Shown here: positions 32,835-42,287 of the stretch, piece by piece
Layout: every line of letters starts with the position of its first letter
How positions within the stretch are numbered: the first letter of the stretch is position 1
NCBI GenBank assembly: GCA_963813025.1
Contig: CAWEXO010000012.1
Span: 113,794 to 177,793 of the forward strand
Length of the DNA: 64,000 nucleotides
Direction of reading: 5' to 3'
DNA from: an uncultured Verrucomicrobiae bacterium
GTDB lineage: Bacteria; Verrucomicrobiota; Verrucomicrobiia; Chthoniobacterales; JAFAMB01
Made by a program: the position numbers and the translations under genes
Notes under the pieces: model-generated
Told to the model about the DNA's origin: nothing
What the model saw: the letters and a program-made list of their open reading frames with translations, nothing else
The model's database searches: none

Positions 32835-33806
32835 TCGAGTTCATTGCCTGAATTCAGCTTACACTCAAGTGCACAGTTACCTAGGATGGTCCCGCTCGCC
32901 TTGTGGCGCATCAGGAAGCGCTACCCTGATTTCTTCCAGCCTGCTAGCAGCTACAATGGTCGGCCGGCAACTTCAAGCATAGTCGTCAGCGAGAATGTAA
33001 GACTGCCTGTGTTTTCTCCACGAAGTGCATCAATGAGACGAATCAGTTCCTCGTTCGTGAGAAGGCCGATCGATACTTGGGTGCAGATATCGGCTAAGCA
33101 GCGACGAAACAGATCGTGAAAAAACCAGAGATAAAGCAGAAACTCTTATGAACGGAAATCCGGTTCAGTTCATTCCATCGGCGGTCCCCGTGGTGCTCAA
33201 CTGGTCGCCGCGGGTATCGCCGTGCCCGCGGCCCAGCCTCCCGAAACTAGCGTTGACCGGTGCCGACAGTTTCAAGACGTCGATACGTGCATCGGTCGAT
33301 GCACACCCACAGCCATCGACCGATGTTCCGAGTAGCAATCGGCCGATTCCTCCGTCCTTGAGCGTGCAAGCCGATGCGCTAGTTGCCGCGCTGAGTCGCC
33401 GAGCTCGCCGCCGTCGTAAGGGAAAATAGCTAGAAAATTCGAGAAATTTTTCTAGCGGGCTTTCACGCTCTCGGCGGGTAAGGTAGCGGCGGCTCGATAA
33501 GGCGCTTAAATCGCCTCGTATGAAATCTGCGAGATATTCAAACGCGAGACCCTAAAATTTCTTGCTATGAAAATGGGAACCATAATTGCGTTCTTTAGCG
33601 TCGTACTCGCGACGACGAATGCGAAAGTGGCGGTTGGTGAAACTATCGCCGAGCTTATCGCCCGCTATGGCGAACCGGAGAACGGGGGGGTCGAACTCAC
33701 GCTTGGCTATGGTGCGTGGAAGACAAAGCAAGTGGCATCAGCGTTTTTTACGTTGCCAGCTGCGTTAGGCGCGGGCCGATAGGATGTATGAAATGGACGG
33801 GTGAAC

Positions 33807-34265
33807 ATGGCGACACTACATTTGATGATTGGATTACCTTGCAGCGGAAAAACAACCTATGCCCGTCAGCTTGCAGGGGAGACAAATGCGCTCCTGCTGA
33901 CCCTTGATGTTTGGCACTTGAAGCTGTTTGGTGATGATAGCGGGCAGGAACATCACGATGAAAGACATGAGCGCGTAGAAAAGATCATGTGGGACGTTGC
34001 AAAACATGTCTTGGAAATGGGCGGCGATGTAATTCTTGATTATGGCTGTTGGGCGCGTGTTGAGCGTGATGATTACAGAAACAGGGCGAAAGAGTTGGGT
34101 GCAGATTTCAAACTGCATCATATGGATGTTCCGTATTCCGAATTATATCGCCGTTTGGAAGAACGAAATCGAAACCGCCCTGAAGGCGTGTTTGAAATTT
34201 CCAAAGCGGAAATGGATAGATACATCACTATTTTTCAACCGCCGACCGGAGACGAGCTTGAATAA
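33807..34265 (+). CDS. AAA_33-type P-loop kinase/ATPase
   Basis: LMIGLPCSGKTT Walker A, DVILDYG, RRLEERN. Confidence 0.85.
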   Translation: MATLHLMIGLPCSGKTTYARQLAGETNALLLTLDVWHLKLFGDDSGQEHHDERHERVEKIMWDVAKHVLEMGGDVILDYGCWARVERDDYRNRAKELGADFKLHHMDVPYSELYRRLEERNRNRPEGVFEISKAEMDRYITIFQPPTGDELE

Positions 34266-34663
34266 AAGGTGTACTGGTTAGGCGTGAATGACTTTTTGGG
34301 GGCTAACCGGTTGAGCTACATCGGGACAGTGTTAGTTGGTTAGTTGTTGACGTTAGACGCGCGCGCCGCGGCTCGCGGGTCCTCCCAATCGGGAGGGGGG
34401 CGACGGCTGCGAAGCGACCACAAAATTCCGCTAGACACGCACAATCTTTTTGCGCGTTACTACTGACAACCCCACGTGGCTCCTGTCTTACGGCGTGGTA
34501 TTCACGCCGGTCGTGATCAAGGCATTAAACCAAAATTCGGCTGTTCGCCTAGCGCGATCCGAGCCGATCTGCGTTTACTAAGTAGATACTCGTTTAAAGG
34601 ATCGGGGCCAGGCGGAATCAGGCAGTCGACGCAACACGAGACTGGATTTGAGCGAGGCATTCC

Positions 34664-35138
34664 TTAATCTCCCGAAAAAATCTCCGCACGGCGAAGTGGG
34701 TGGAGATCAGTTTCCACGCGTTTATCGTTATATAGCTCCGCGGTGGCGAGAATGTATCGAGGTGCGACCTGTTGTAGCTGCTTCTTAATGTCATCGATGT
34801 CGACTTGGAGTGTTTCCGAGGCTGGCATTCCATGTGCGAACTTGTGGCGCAACTTGGCTAGTTTGTTCACGAGTAACCAGATCTCGTCATCTGGAGTTTT
34901 CCCGATTAGAGCCTGAACTAAAATCAACCTTGCGAGAAAAACCGTTGACTTTGAAGGCGGTAGGATCGCGAAGAGCCAAGTTTATGATGTCTTCCAGTTG
35001 ACCTTCTATCTCGGCATGAAAATCAAGCACCGCACTCTTGAAGAGGTCGGCTGGTGTAAAGAACAGAATGTCGCTCCCCTTGTGAGGATCGGACCAATCA
35101 ATTTTGTGCTGATAGAGCATAAGCTTTCCGATTTGCAC
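34664..35138 (-). pseudogene. HEPN-like protein (RxxxxH), split by one extra T near 34920
   Basis: VLDFHAEIEGQLEDII…FSRKVD | LVQALIG…WLLVNKLAKLRHKFAH. Confidence 0.6.
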
Positions 35139-35600
35139 GTTGGTTCATGACTGCGCCCGGCGGGAAGTGGGCGTTGAGCGCGTTTGGGGCTGCGGGCTAT
35201 GTCGTTGTGAGGTGGGCACGAAAAATGGGCGCTGAGGTCAAATGCGTGGATTCGGGCGACGCGACACGCGAGCTCCGGCTTAAGGCCCGAGAGCTCGGCG
35301 TGCCCGTGGAAGCCTTGGCCCAGGTTGCCATTGCCGAGTTTGTGCGCCAGAGACGACGGCGGAAGGGCTAAGTGATGTGGCTGTTAGAATCCACCAGTGA
35401 GGCCGTACTTTTCGACGGCCAAGCTCGTCGGAAAACTGTTCGCCATCTTCGTCTGCCATAATTGGCAAGGCTAACCAGAAAGGCGCGATGAAGCGAGATA
35501 TGTTGGAAGCAAGAATTGGCAAGACATTGGCAAGACTAGGTTTTTGCGCTCTGATTTCAGACGGTTAGAATTGCCCGTTGATAGGCTCTGGAACTTGGTC

Positions 35601-35673
35601 TGCACCGTGTAGGAATCGAACCTACAACCCAGTGATTAAGAGTCACTTGCTCTGCCAATTGAGCTAACGGTGC
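35601..35673 (-). tRNA. tRNA-Lys(CTT), CCA not encoded
   Basis: GCACCGT acceptor stem, D-arm AGCTCAATTGGCAGAGC, anticodon arm AGTGA-CTCTTAA-TCACT, T-loop GGTTCGATTCC. Confidence 0.97.
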
Positions 35674-35818
35674 GCTAAAGGAATGGAGCGGAACATTAGG
35701 ATCAGTTTTCTTGGGTGCAAGAGCAAATCGGCAGGCCGAACAGATCAGGAATTGGAGGAGCTTTCGATTTCATTACCAATGCGGGACAAAGACGAAGACT
35801 GTTTCGACCCAGCGCGGC

Positions 35819-36283
35819 TCAAGCCGGGAATTGATGAGTTGAGGCCTGAACTCTCGGTGCCTTTTTGACCCCGCCTCTTCGAGCAGACCAGAAATATTTG
35901 GCAGAGGGCGAGGCTTTGTTCGGCAAAGATGCTTGAAAGGCCGCTTTCTTGATTTCCTTTTGTTTCGGTCTGGCAACCTTATTCGATCGCTGGCTCGGGA
36001 CGGCAGCAAAGAGCAGCGTGATCGCGTCTTTATCGCGCCGATCCAGTACGCCGAGGAGGGATCCAATCTGCGCACGCAGACCGGTTTCTTCGCGAACTTC
36101 TCTTTTCAGCGCTCTCACCAGTGATTCACCGCGTTTGACCTTCCCGCCGGGAAGCGTCCAAAGTCTCATTCCAGCAGCCTGACGCACCAGCAAAACCCGA
36201 TTCGTTGAATCTTCGATCCACGCCATCACGGACACTTCTTTGGTCGGACGCAATCTGGGGGCTTTTGTCGGGGCGCTGGGCAT
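35819..36283 (-). CDS. NUDIX hydrolase
   Basis: LPGGKVKRGESLVRALKREVREETG Nudix box. Confidence 0.9.
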   Translation of the reverse strand: MPSAPTKAPRLRPTKEVSVMAWIEDSTNRVLLVRQAAGMRLWTLPGGKVKRGESLVRALKREVREETGLRAQIGSLLGVLDRRDKDAITLLFAAVPSQRSNKVARPKQKEIKKAAFQASLPNKASPSAKYFWSARRGGVKKAPRVQASTHQFPA

Positions 36284-36573
36284 GCTTCGTTAACCGTTTA
36301 CCGGTGCAATGTAAATACAGGTGGCGTTAATCGCGAGCGTGGCCAGACACGGCGTTCCTGGAGAAGACAAAACAGGTCGAGCACTCTGGAAGTGGTGAAT
36401 GGATCTTTGATCTGCTACTCTGCGCTTCGCTAAATCCGGGACAGCTAACGAATCCGCGGCCGTGGGTTTGCCGGGTTGATCGTTTTCTCGTTTGCTCCGG
36501 TTCATCGACGCTTTTTCCGCGTCTCTTCGCATATGTTCAGCCAATTGCGGCGGAGAGCCTCCACCAAATGAAG

Positions 36574-36960
36574 TCAAAAAATGCGTACGGGATATTTGGC
36601 GACTGCAGAATCGACCGTGGCAAGTTCCCAGCCGTGCAGAACGGCGTGAGCGATCAAAAGACGGTCAAACGGATCTCGATGGACAAAAGGTAATTTTCCA
36701 AGAAGAAAAATCCCTTCATCTTCAATAAACCCTGGAAAAAACCCGGCGGCCTTGATGGCTCCAGGTAGCAGCACGGCCGGAGCCTTAGGCAGCTGCAGCT
36801 TTCCCATATCATATTTGATCTGGATTTCCCAAAGGGAGACTTGGTGAAAGATCCAACGAATCTGCGGGTCGGCCGCGGCGGATCGATATGCGATTGAAAG
36901 CTGTGGACTGCCGGACAGCATCCAGAGGGCGATCTGGGTGTCGAGAAGGATCGTTCTCAG
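36574..36960 (-). CDS. vapC: PIN-domain (VapC-like) toxin; apparent CTG start overlapping the antitoxin stop
   Basis: (M)RTILLDTQIALW, SLWEIQIK, HRDPFDRLLIAHA, LATVD. Confidence 0.85.
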   Translation of the reverse strand: MRTILLDTQIALWMLSGSPQLSIAYRSAAADPQIRWIFHQVSLWEIQIKYDMGKLQLPKAPAVLLPGAIKAAGFFPGFIEDEGIFLLGKLPFVHRDPFDRLLIAHAVLHGWELATVDSAVAKYPVRIF

Positions 36961-37208
36961 GACTTCAGCTCGGTTGAATAAAAGTCATCTTCGAAGTGTT
37001 TGAGCGGGGCGTTAAAGTCCTCGGGAACTTTGAGGACTCCTTTCAGAACACCAAGGCGCAGGGCTCGCGACTCTTCGGGCTGCGAAATCGGTCGAAGTTC
37101 CGCGACTGGACGGTTACGTTCGCACAGGACAATCACTTCACCCTTCGCGACCTTGGCGAGATACTTGCCGAGGTGCGCTTTTGCCTCGCCCAGATTGATC
37201 AATGTCAC
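36957..37208 (-). CDS. Phd/YefM-family antitoxin
   Basis: INLGEAKAHLGKYLAKVAKGEVIVLCERNRPVAEL; VPEDFNAPL. Confidence 0.88.
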   Translation of the reverse strand: MTLINLGEAKAHLGKYLAKVAKGEVIVLCERNRPVAELRPISQPEESRALRLGVLKGVLKVPEDFNAPLKHFEDDFYSTELKS

Positions 37209-37400
37209 AGTATTAGACTACTTCTGGACTAAAAGAAGTCAACTCGGTCAATTCCCTTATGAGGATCCGGATTACAGCGAGGCTGAGTCCTGATGTCCCT
37301 TCGGGAAGAAGCCACAGTTCGACATGCCCGAGGCCGTCCGCGCTATCTGCGTCCACAGCGCAGGCTCCAGATCACCGCGTTTCATGTTCCGCGTTTGGCA

Positions 37401-37712
37401 TCAACCCGAATATTCAACCCGGTCGCGCTCATCCCTGACGCTGATCGAAGACCCGGGTTCGGCCAGGGGCAAAGTTGCCGTCCGACCGTCCTCGCCTGTG
37501 AGGGTTAATTGTCCGCCTTCTTCCCGCGCGGATTCGATTCTACCCTCACCCAACATGTTCACGGTTATCCCTCCCGCGACTCTTATTCGCATCGTTGAAT
37601 GATCATCAAAGATGATCACGATCAGCCCTGCTTCTTTAGATACAACCTTTATGGTGCGTCCATGAATGATTTTCGTCAGTTTCTCATTCATTTCCATGAA
37701 GGCAGTATCCAC
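37401..37712 (-). CDS. Hypothetical beta-rich protein, paralogue of 60324-60614
   Basis: Shares NxKLT…GRT…IxFDDxSTMR…LAxPGSSxxVRD…xYxG with the second copy. Confidence 0.75.
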   Translation of the reverse strand: MDTAFMEMNEKLTKIIHGRTIKVVSKEAGLIVIIFDDHSTMRIRVAGGITVNMLGEGRIESAREEGGQLTLTGEDGRTATLPLAEPGSSISVRDERDRVEYSG

Positions 37713-37931
37713 CTATCCGTGTTGATCTCCAAGTGGGAACACTGGTCTTACGTCTCGGCCGGGACTATTGCTCCCAAGAAAACCGTGGATCCAGACGTGA
37801 TCCAACACTAAAGGAGGTCAAGCAGGAGCTTGCCCCGAGCCGACCTTGGGTGTTGTGAGACAATCTCTTTATTCGAGCCCCTTTCGGAGTAGCGTAAAGA
37901 CCGCGCTACTTGCGACGCCAAACCGCACGAT

Positions 37932-38255
37932 TCAGATGATCCACGCCTTGAGGTCAGCCTGGGCGAATTCAGGCGGCTTTCCCGCGATCTCGGAAGGAGG
38001 CACGTTGGAAATCAGGTAGGCGAGCCGGAAAGGGCCGAAGCTCGCCCGGTGTGTGAAAATATTTCGGGCAATCGGGTCGGCCAAATTACGGGCAATTGTC
38101 CTGGCATCGACCTCGCGACTGAAAGTCCCTTCTTGAAACCGGGCGATGCTTTGTCCGGGCACAAAGACGACGACTGTCTTGAGAGAGCCAGCGTTCGTCG
38201 GAGTTGCGGTTATTTGCACATAGAGGTCGGTTGAGCTGTCAGCGAGCGAGGCCAT
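37932..38255 (-). CDS. Hypothetical protein (107 aa)
   Basis: Clean ORF with protein-like composition. Confidence 0.5.
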   Translation of the reverse strand: MASLADSSTDLYVQITATPTNAGSLKTVVVFVPGQSIARFQEGTFSREVDARTIARNLADPIARNIFTHRASFGPFRLAYLISNVPPSEIAGKPPEFAQADLKAWII

Positions 38256-38478
38256 TTAGTGCCAGTGTTAGTGCCAGTGCCGGTGCGCCGCGATCATTTG
38301 CTGAATGGCTGTTATGGCAATTTACTATAAAAACTTGACGATTACTTTGCCGAGAGTCCCGGACTCCACCAACGCAAATGCGGCATCGATGTTTTTGGCT
38401 GCCATGAGTTTCCCGAAAAAAAAGCGAGCGCGCAACCTCCGAAGATCCAGACATCGAATTTCTTTTCGCCGATTTCCA

Positions 38479-38760
38479 TCAACGGTCCAGTCGGTAACGC
38501 CAATAATCCGGATCTCGTCGATCATGTTTGACCGCTAAGATCATGATGTCGCGGTCCCTGAATGTGTATAATATCGAGTACGGAAATTTCGAAACCGGCA
38601 GGCTCGCACGCCAGGCTCAAATTCCCGGAAACGGTCCGGCCTAAGAATAATTGCCGCGATGGCCGTTTCGACGGCATCGACGAACCTTTCAGCTGTTCGG
38701 TCATAAAACAAGAGGGCTTCGCGAAACTCGTCTCGAGCGTCAGGATGAAGCAGGAAACTC
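38479..38760 (-). pseudogene. RelE/ParE-family toxin remnant (not in ORF track)
   Basis: LHPDARDEFREALLFYD…FVDAVETAIAAI…(shift)KFPYSILY…IMILAVKHDRRDPDYWRYRL*. Confidence 0.75.
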
Positions 38761-38763
38761 GCT

Positions 38764-38934
38764 ATTGGATATGAGCCTACTACGGAACGTGAATGGGCCG
38801 CGATTGCTCAAGATCGGATACGCCAAATCGAGTCCGGAGAAGTGGCTCCTCTTGATGGCGAGCAGGTGCTAAAGGAAATGCATCAGCTAGCGAAGCAGTT
38901 GGCTCAACACAGTTCCTTGATCGCGCCTCGATAG
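38764..38934 (+). pseudogene. Addiction-module antitoxin C-terminal remnant
   Basis: EREWAAIAQDRIRQIESGEVAPLDGEQVLKEM; no start. Confidence 0.65.
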
Positions 38935-39377
38935 CAAAGAGCGCTCTGCCCGTCGGAGACCCGGCACCAGCGTGAGCGCAAAGGCTGCGGTTACTAATAC
39001 GCAAACGTCATTAAATACAGTGTCCATTGCGAAGATCCCAGGAGTCGCTCATCAAAAAGAATCGTCCTGGGGGCGACAGAACTGCAAAAGAACTGCGGCA
39101 TTATTTTACTGAACGGTCAACGCGTGAGAGGGAATTGAAGCCAAATCTGAAACTAATCAAGTTAATAAGTTGACGGATTGGTTTGCTATCGAGGAGATCG
39201 TGTTTCGCGAATCTCGCGGTGAGCAAGAGTTCGCTTGATTGCTTCGCTCGACCCGCAGCGGATGCGGCGGCTGCCCGGTATCGCTCCGTCCCAAACTCGA
39301 ACTTCGAGCGGAAAGCGGCATCGCGCAGTCTCCGCCACCACCTCTCCAATGGCTTTCGCTATCACTTGGATGATGCC

Positions 39378-39674
39378 TCAAAGACCGAGGATCGCTAGGA
39401 GCAGATAAGCGAGTATTCCAGCTGAGATCAGCCAATAGAGCGCCTGTTCAACAGAGTCAGCGAACCGCTCCGACCGTTCCGGGCCGGCCTCGACTCTGCG
39501 GACCTCCTGTTTCGCGCTTTTTATCATCCCATCAAATCGCGATGCTAATCGATCACGCGCCTCGAAAAAATCGATCACAGACGCTGAATCAGTCGTCGAA
39601 ACCCTTGTAGCTTCATCGAACGATCGTATGGACGGTTTGGGGGTGGCCTGCAATTCTTGCGGTATTAGCTTCAT
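39378..39674 (-). CDS. Hypothetical protein with C-terminal TM helix
   Basis: EQALYWLISAGILAYLLLAILGL tail. Confidence 0.5.
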   Translation of the reverse strand: MKLIPQELQATPKPSIRSFDEATRVSTTDSASVIDFFEARDRLASRFDGMIKSAKQEVRRVEAGPERSERFADSVEQALYWLISAGILAYLLLAILGL

Positions 39675-40650
39675 CTTACCCCGAATGATTTTGAGTTGAA
39701 GGGGACCTGTTCCAGGTTCCTAGACGGCCGCCTCCTCGAGAACGCCCCATCTTGGCGGGATAGGCGGCGAGGAAGGAGCACATCATGTGGCCGTGACCCC
39801 AGCGACGTCGCACCAGGTGGAAACTGAGGAGAAGTCGTACTCGCGCAACGCTTCGAGCGCCCAAGCGGATTGAATCGCCGAAAAGCCGGACATCGCCCGG
39901 CGAAAACCGCGCCGTAATCACTGTCCGGACCGCCAGGAGACCCAGTCGAAAAATACGCTCCTCGAGGGCCGCTACCCGATCCGACGTTTGCAACACAGCG
40001 GGTAGGTAAACTGAAATAGGAATGGGCAGGCTTTCCCAGCTCGTTGGCATCGTCTCGCGTCAGCTTAGTACCTCCGATCAAAGGGCGGACTGAGTCGCGG
40101 GTTTGGTTGCAGAACAGTGGAGCGGGAACCTCATAAGCGGCTTTCGGAGGCAACAGCCTCCGCGCTCGGGCGCCGCGGCGCAGGCAGGTCTCAAACTGCC
40201 GCCGGTTGTCACCTCGGTTTTTCCTTCGGCCAGAGGCATCCTTTCGGGTTCCTTCAGCTGATCTTGCAATCGTTCGGTGGCGGCTTGGAGCTGAATCAAG
40301 AATAGAGCAAATGAGTACATGCGGAAATCTCCTCCAGTGCGGAACTAACTGTTCCAAAGGAAGCTTTCGTATTTTCACAGTTATCTATCGCTTTCCGGCG
40401 GGCTTTATTCCCTTTTCTTGGGCAAAGTAAATCGAGTTTGATTTATGTCTTGCGAGCTCAATGTGTTGAAAACCTGACGGCCTCAGATCAATCAGCCACT
40501 TTCGCCGACTCGAAGGATTGTCTATGGGATGCCCCCCGCCCGATACGGACGAGGCCAGCCAGGTCTGTCGAACTTTGGGTAATCTATGGCGTACGCAATC
40601 GAGCTACGGTTCGGGAGAGAGGTTCGAGGGAGGTCCCGAAGGCGTCTTTG

Positions 40651-40785
40651 GTCCTGCGCCGGTAGGGCGAAAATTTATTCGAGCGTCAGCGAGAACTTGT
40701 TTGAGCCGTCTTCAGTGTGACCTGCCGCAGCGCCCGGCTCGAACGAGTCTTCGCCGAAGGCTCAGATGAATTCTCGCCCTACCGA
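40651..40785. repeat. GTAG-type REP/REPIN-like inverted repeat
   Basis: CGGTAGGGCGAAAATTTATTCGAGC… pairs with …GGCTCAGATGAATTCTCGCCCTACCG; 36 bp of the arm recurs exactly at 47035-47070. Confidence 0.75.
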
Positions 40786-40859
40786 TTTTGGGATGTTGCG
40801 AAACATTCTCTAAATTTTCGCCCTTGTACCTTGCCCCACCAACTTTTTTTCCCTTTTAA

Positions 40860-41065
40860 AGCCGCCCGCAAGGGCGGAACTCTGGAGGTGAAGAACTTGG
40901 CCGAGGGGGGTGGAAAACTGCTTCGCCCAAAGGTCGGTAGAACCTGTCCGGTAGATTAGTCCACCCTCCTCGTGCCGCACCTTGCAAAAGACCGAACCGT
41001 ATCTTAGGCCGTTCCAAAACAGGGTTGGAACATGAGCCTGTGTGAACAAGGCTCTGTCGGAAAGG
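40860..41065 (+). ncRNA. IS110 bridge RNA (target- and donor-binding loops); ends approximate
   Basis: Target guides TTCGCCC (40922) and CCGGTAG (40948) inside stem GAGGGGGGTGGA/TCCACCCTCCTC; donor guides ACCGTATCT (40996) and ACAAG (41046). Confidence 0.8.
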
Positions 41066-41121
41066 TGCCCGCCCAAGCGCTTCATCAAACAAAGAACCAA
41101 TTCAACGCGAATTCCTGTCTG

Positions 41122-41431
41122 ATGAAAAAACCTTACTGCATCGGTATTGACCTGGCAAAAGCAACCCTTGACTTTTGCACGCTCTCCAAAACCGGCGCCC
41201 GCCTCTGGCGGGGGAAACAACGCCTTCCTGCGTAAAGCCCTCTATCTGCCTGCCGCCGTGGCCCGTCGTTGGTGCAAACCCATCCGACAATGGGCTGCCG
41301 AGCTTGAGTCGCGCAAACTACACTCCCTGATCATCCGTGGCGCGATCATGCGCAAACTCCTCCACATTGTTTTCGGCGTTCTTCGCCACCAACAACCCTA
41401 CAATCCCCGCTTGGCTGCTATCCTCAAATGA
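41122..41431 (+). pseudogene. IS110 recombinase with central deletion
   Basis: N-term MKKPYCIGIDLAK (first DEDD Asp) joined out of frame to C-term GNNAFLRKALYLPA…AIMRKLLHIVFGVLRHQQPY. Confidence 0.88.
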
Positions 41432-41579
41432 CTTGACATTTCAAGACCGTATCTACCGGCGCAGGACAATGCGGTATCCTGAGACAATCTTAGCGCTCGC
41501 GCGACCAATCGCTTGGTGGCGTGCTACAGATTCCCAAGTCCGACACCCCCGAGGCCGTTCCGCGCTACTTGCGATCAAT

Positions 41580-41725
41580 CTTTGATCAGCAAAGCGATCG
41601 TCTGGCGTCCGCTACGCCGGTAAATGCGAAAGTCATTATCCAAGTCCAGACGACGCAGTTCAACGTGATCTCCGACATTCGCACCAGACAGGCATCGGCA
41701 AATGAAATAGGGACGTCGTAATGCA
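41580..41725 (-). pseudogene. PIN-domain toxin C-terminal fragment
   Basis: YDVPISFADACLVRMSE…(shift)DNDFRIYRRSGRQTI. Confidence 0.65.
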
Positions 41726-41726
41726 A

Positions 41727-42227
41727 CTACTTCAAGCCCTCGCCCTCGCAGACTGCTGGGGATTCGCGCAAACTCCGTGCGCAGATCAGACCATCAAAAT
41801 TTGCCGGAACAAAGGAAAGCTCCGGCGGGATCGTGATTCCAGCCGCAGCCAGAAGTTCTCGCTTGAACGCCTGAGTTGCGGGATGATCGACCTCGAAGAC
41901 TCGCGGAGCAGATTTAGACGATGAATTCCGATAGGCAAAAGTATCCAATCCGGCCCCGAGGATGACGTATTGGCGAACTCTACTTTGAATACTTGTGGCT
42001 AAGACGTCCTCGGCATAGCGGCTTCGAACTGCAAAGAAGGCGCGCCTCCGTCGCGCCGCGGATTTTTGGGCTTCTTCCGGATCGGTCGCCAAGGCCGCCC
42101 TCGCTTCCACCCCGATGATCCCAAGGGCAAGAGGATCATCAAAGACTCTCAGATAGTCATAGATCTGGTGGGCGGCCCGATGTAGCGCGACCCGCTCGGC
42201 CGTCTTGCTTGGCGTGGTCCTGTGCAT
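41727..42227 (-). pseudogene. LCM/TIGR00027-type SAM methyltransferase, C-terminally truncated
   Basis: PSKTAERVALHRAAH, QYVILGAGLDTFAYR, VFEVDHPATQ; homology ends at FVPANF. Confidence 0.8.
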
Positions 42228-42287
42228 TCGAATGCTGTTGTTTGGGACTAACCCCAACAAAGGCTGATTTGGACAACCCCGAAAATC

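Larger units (their letters stand above)
40823..41454 (+). mobile_element. Miniature (internally deleted) IS110-family element inserted in a REP copy
   Basis: CT core at both ends; the joined flanks reproduce the reverse complement of 40651-40677 exactly; TTGACA in the right end. Confidence 0.88.

Noticed and set aside
29038..35600. Intact prophage
   Set aside because: Only scattered phage-like remnants; no integrase, terminase or structural genes
39671..40378. 235-aa minus-strand ORF
   Set aside because: Arg/Pro/Gly-rich and motif-free; probably an off-frame reading of smaller or frameshifted genes that I cannot resolve
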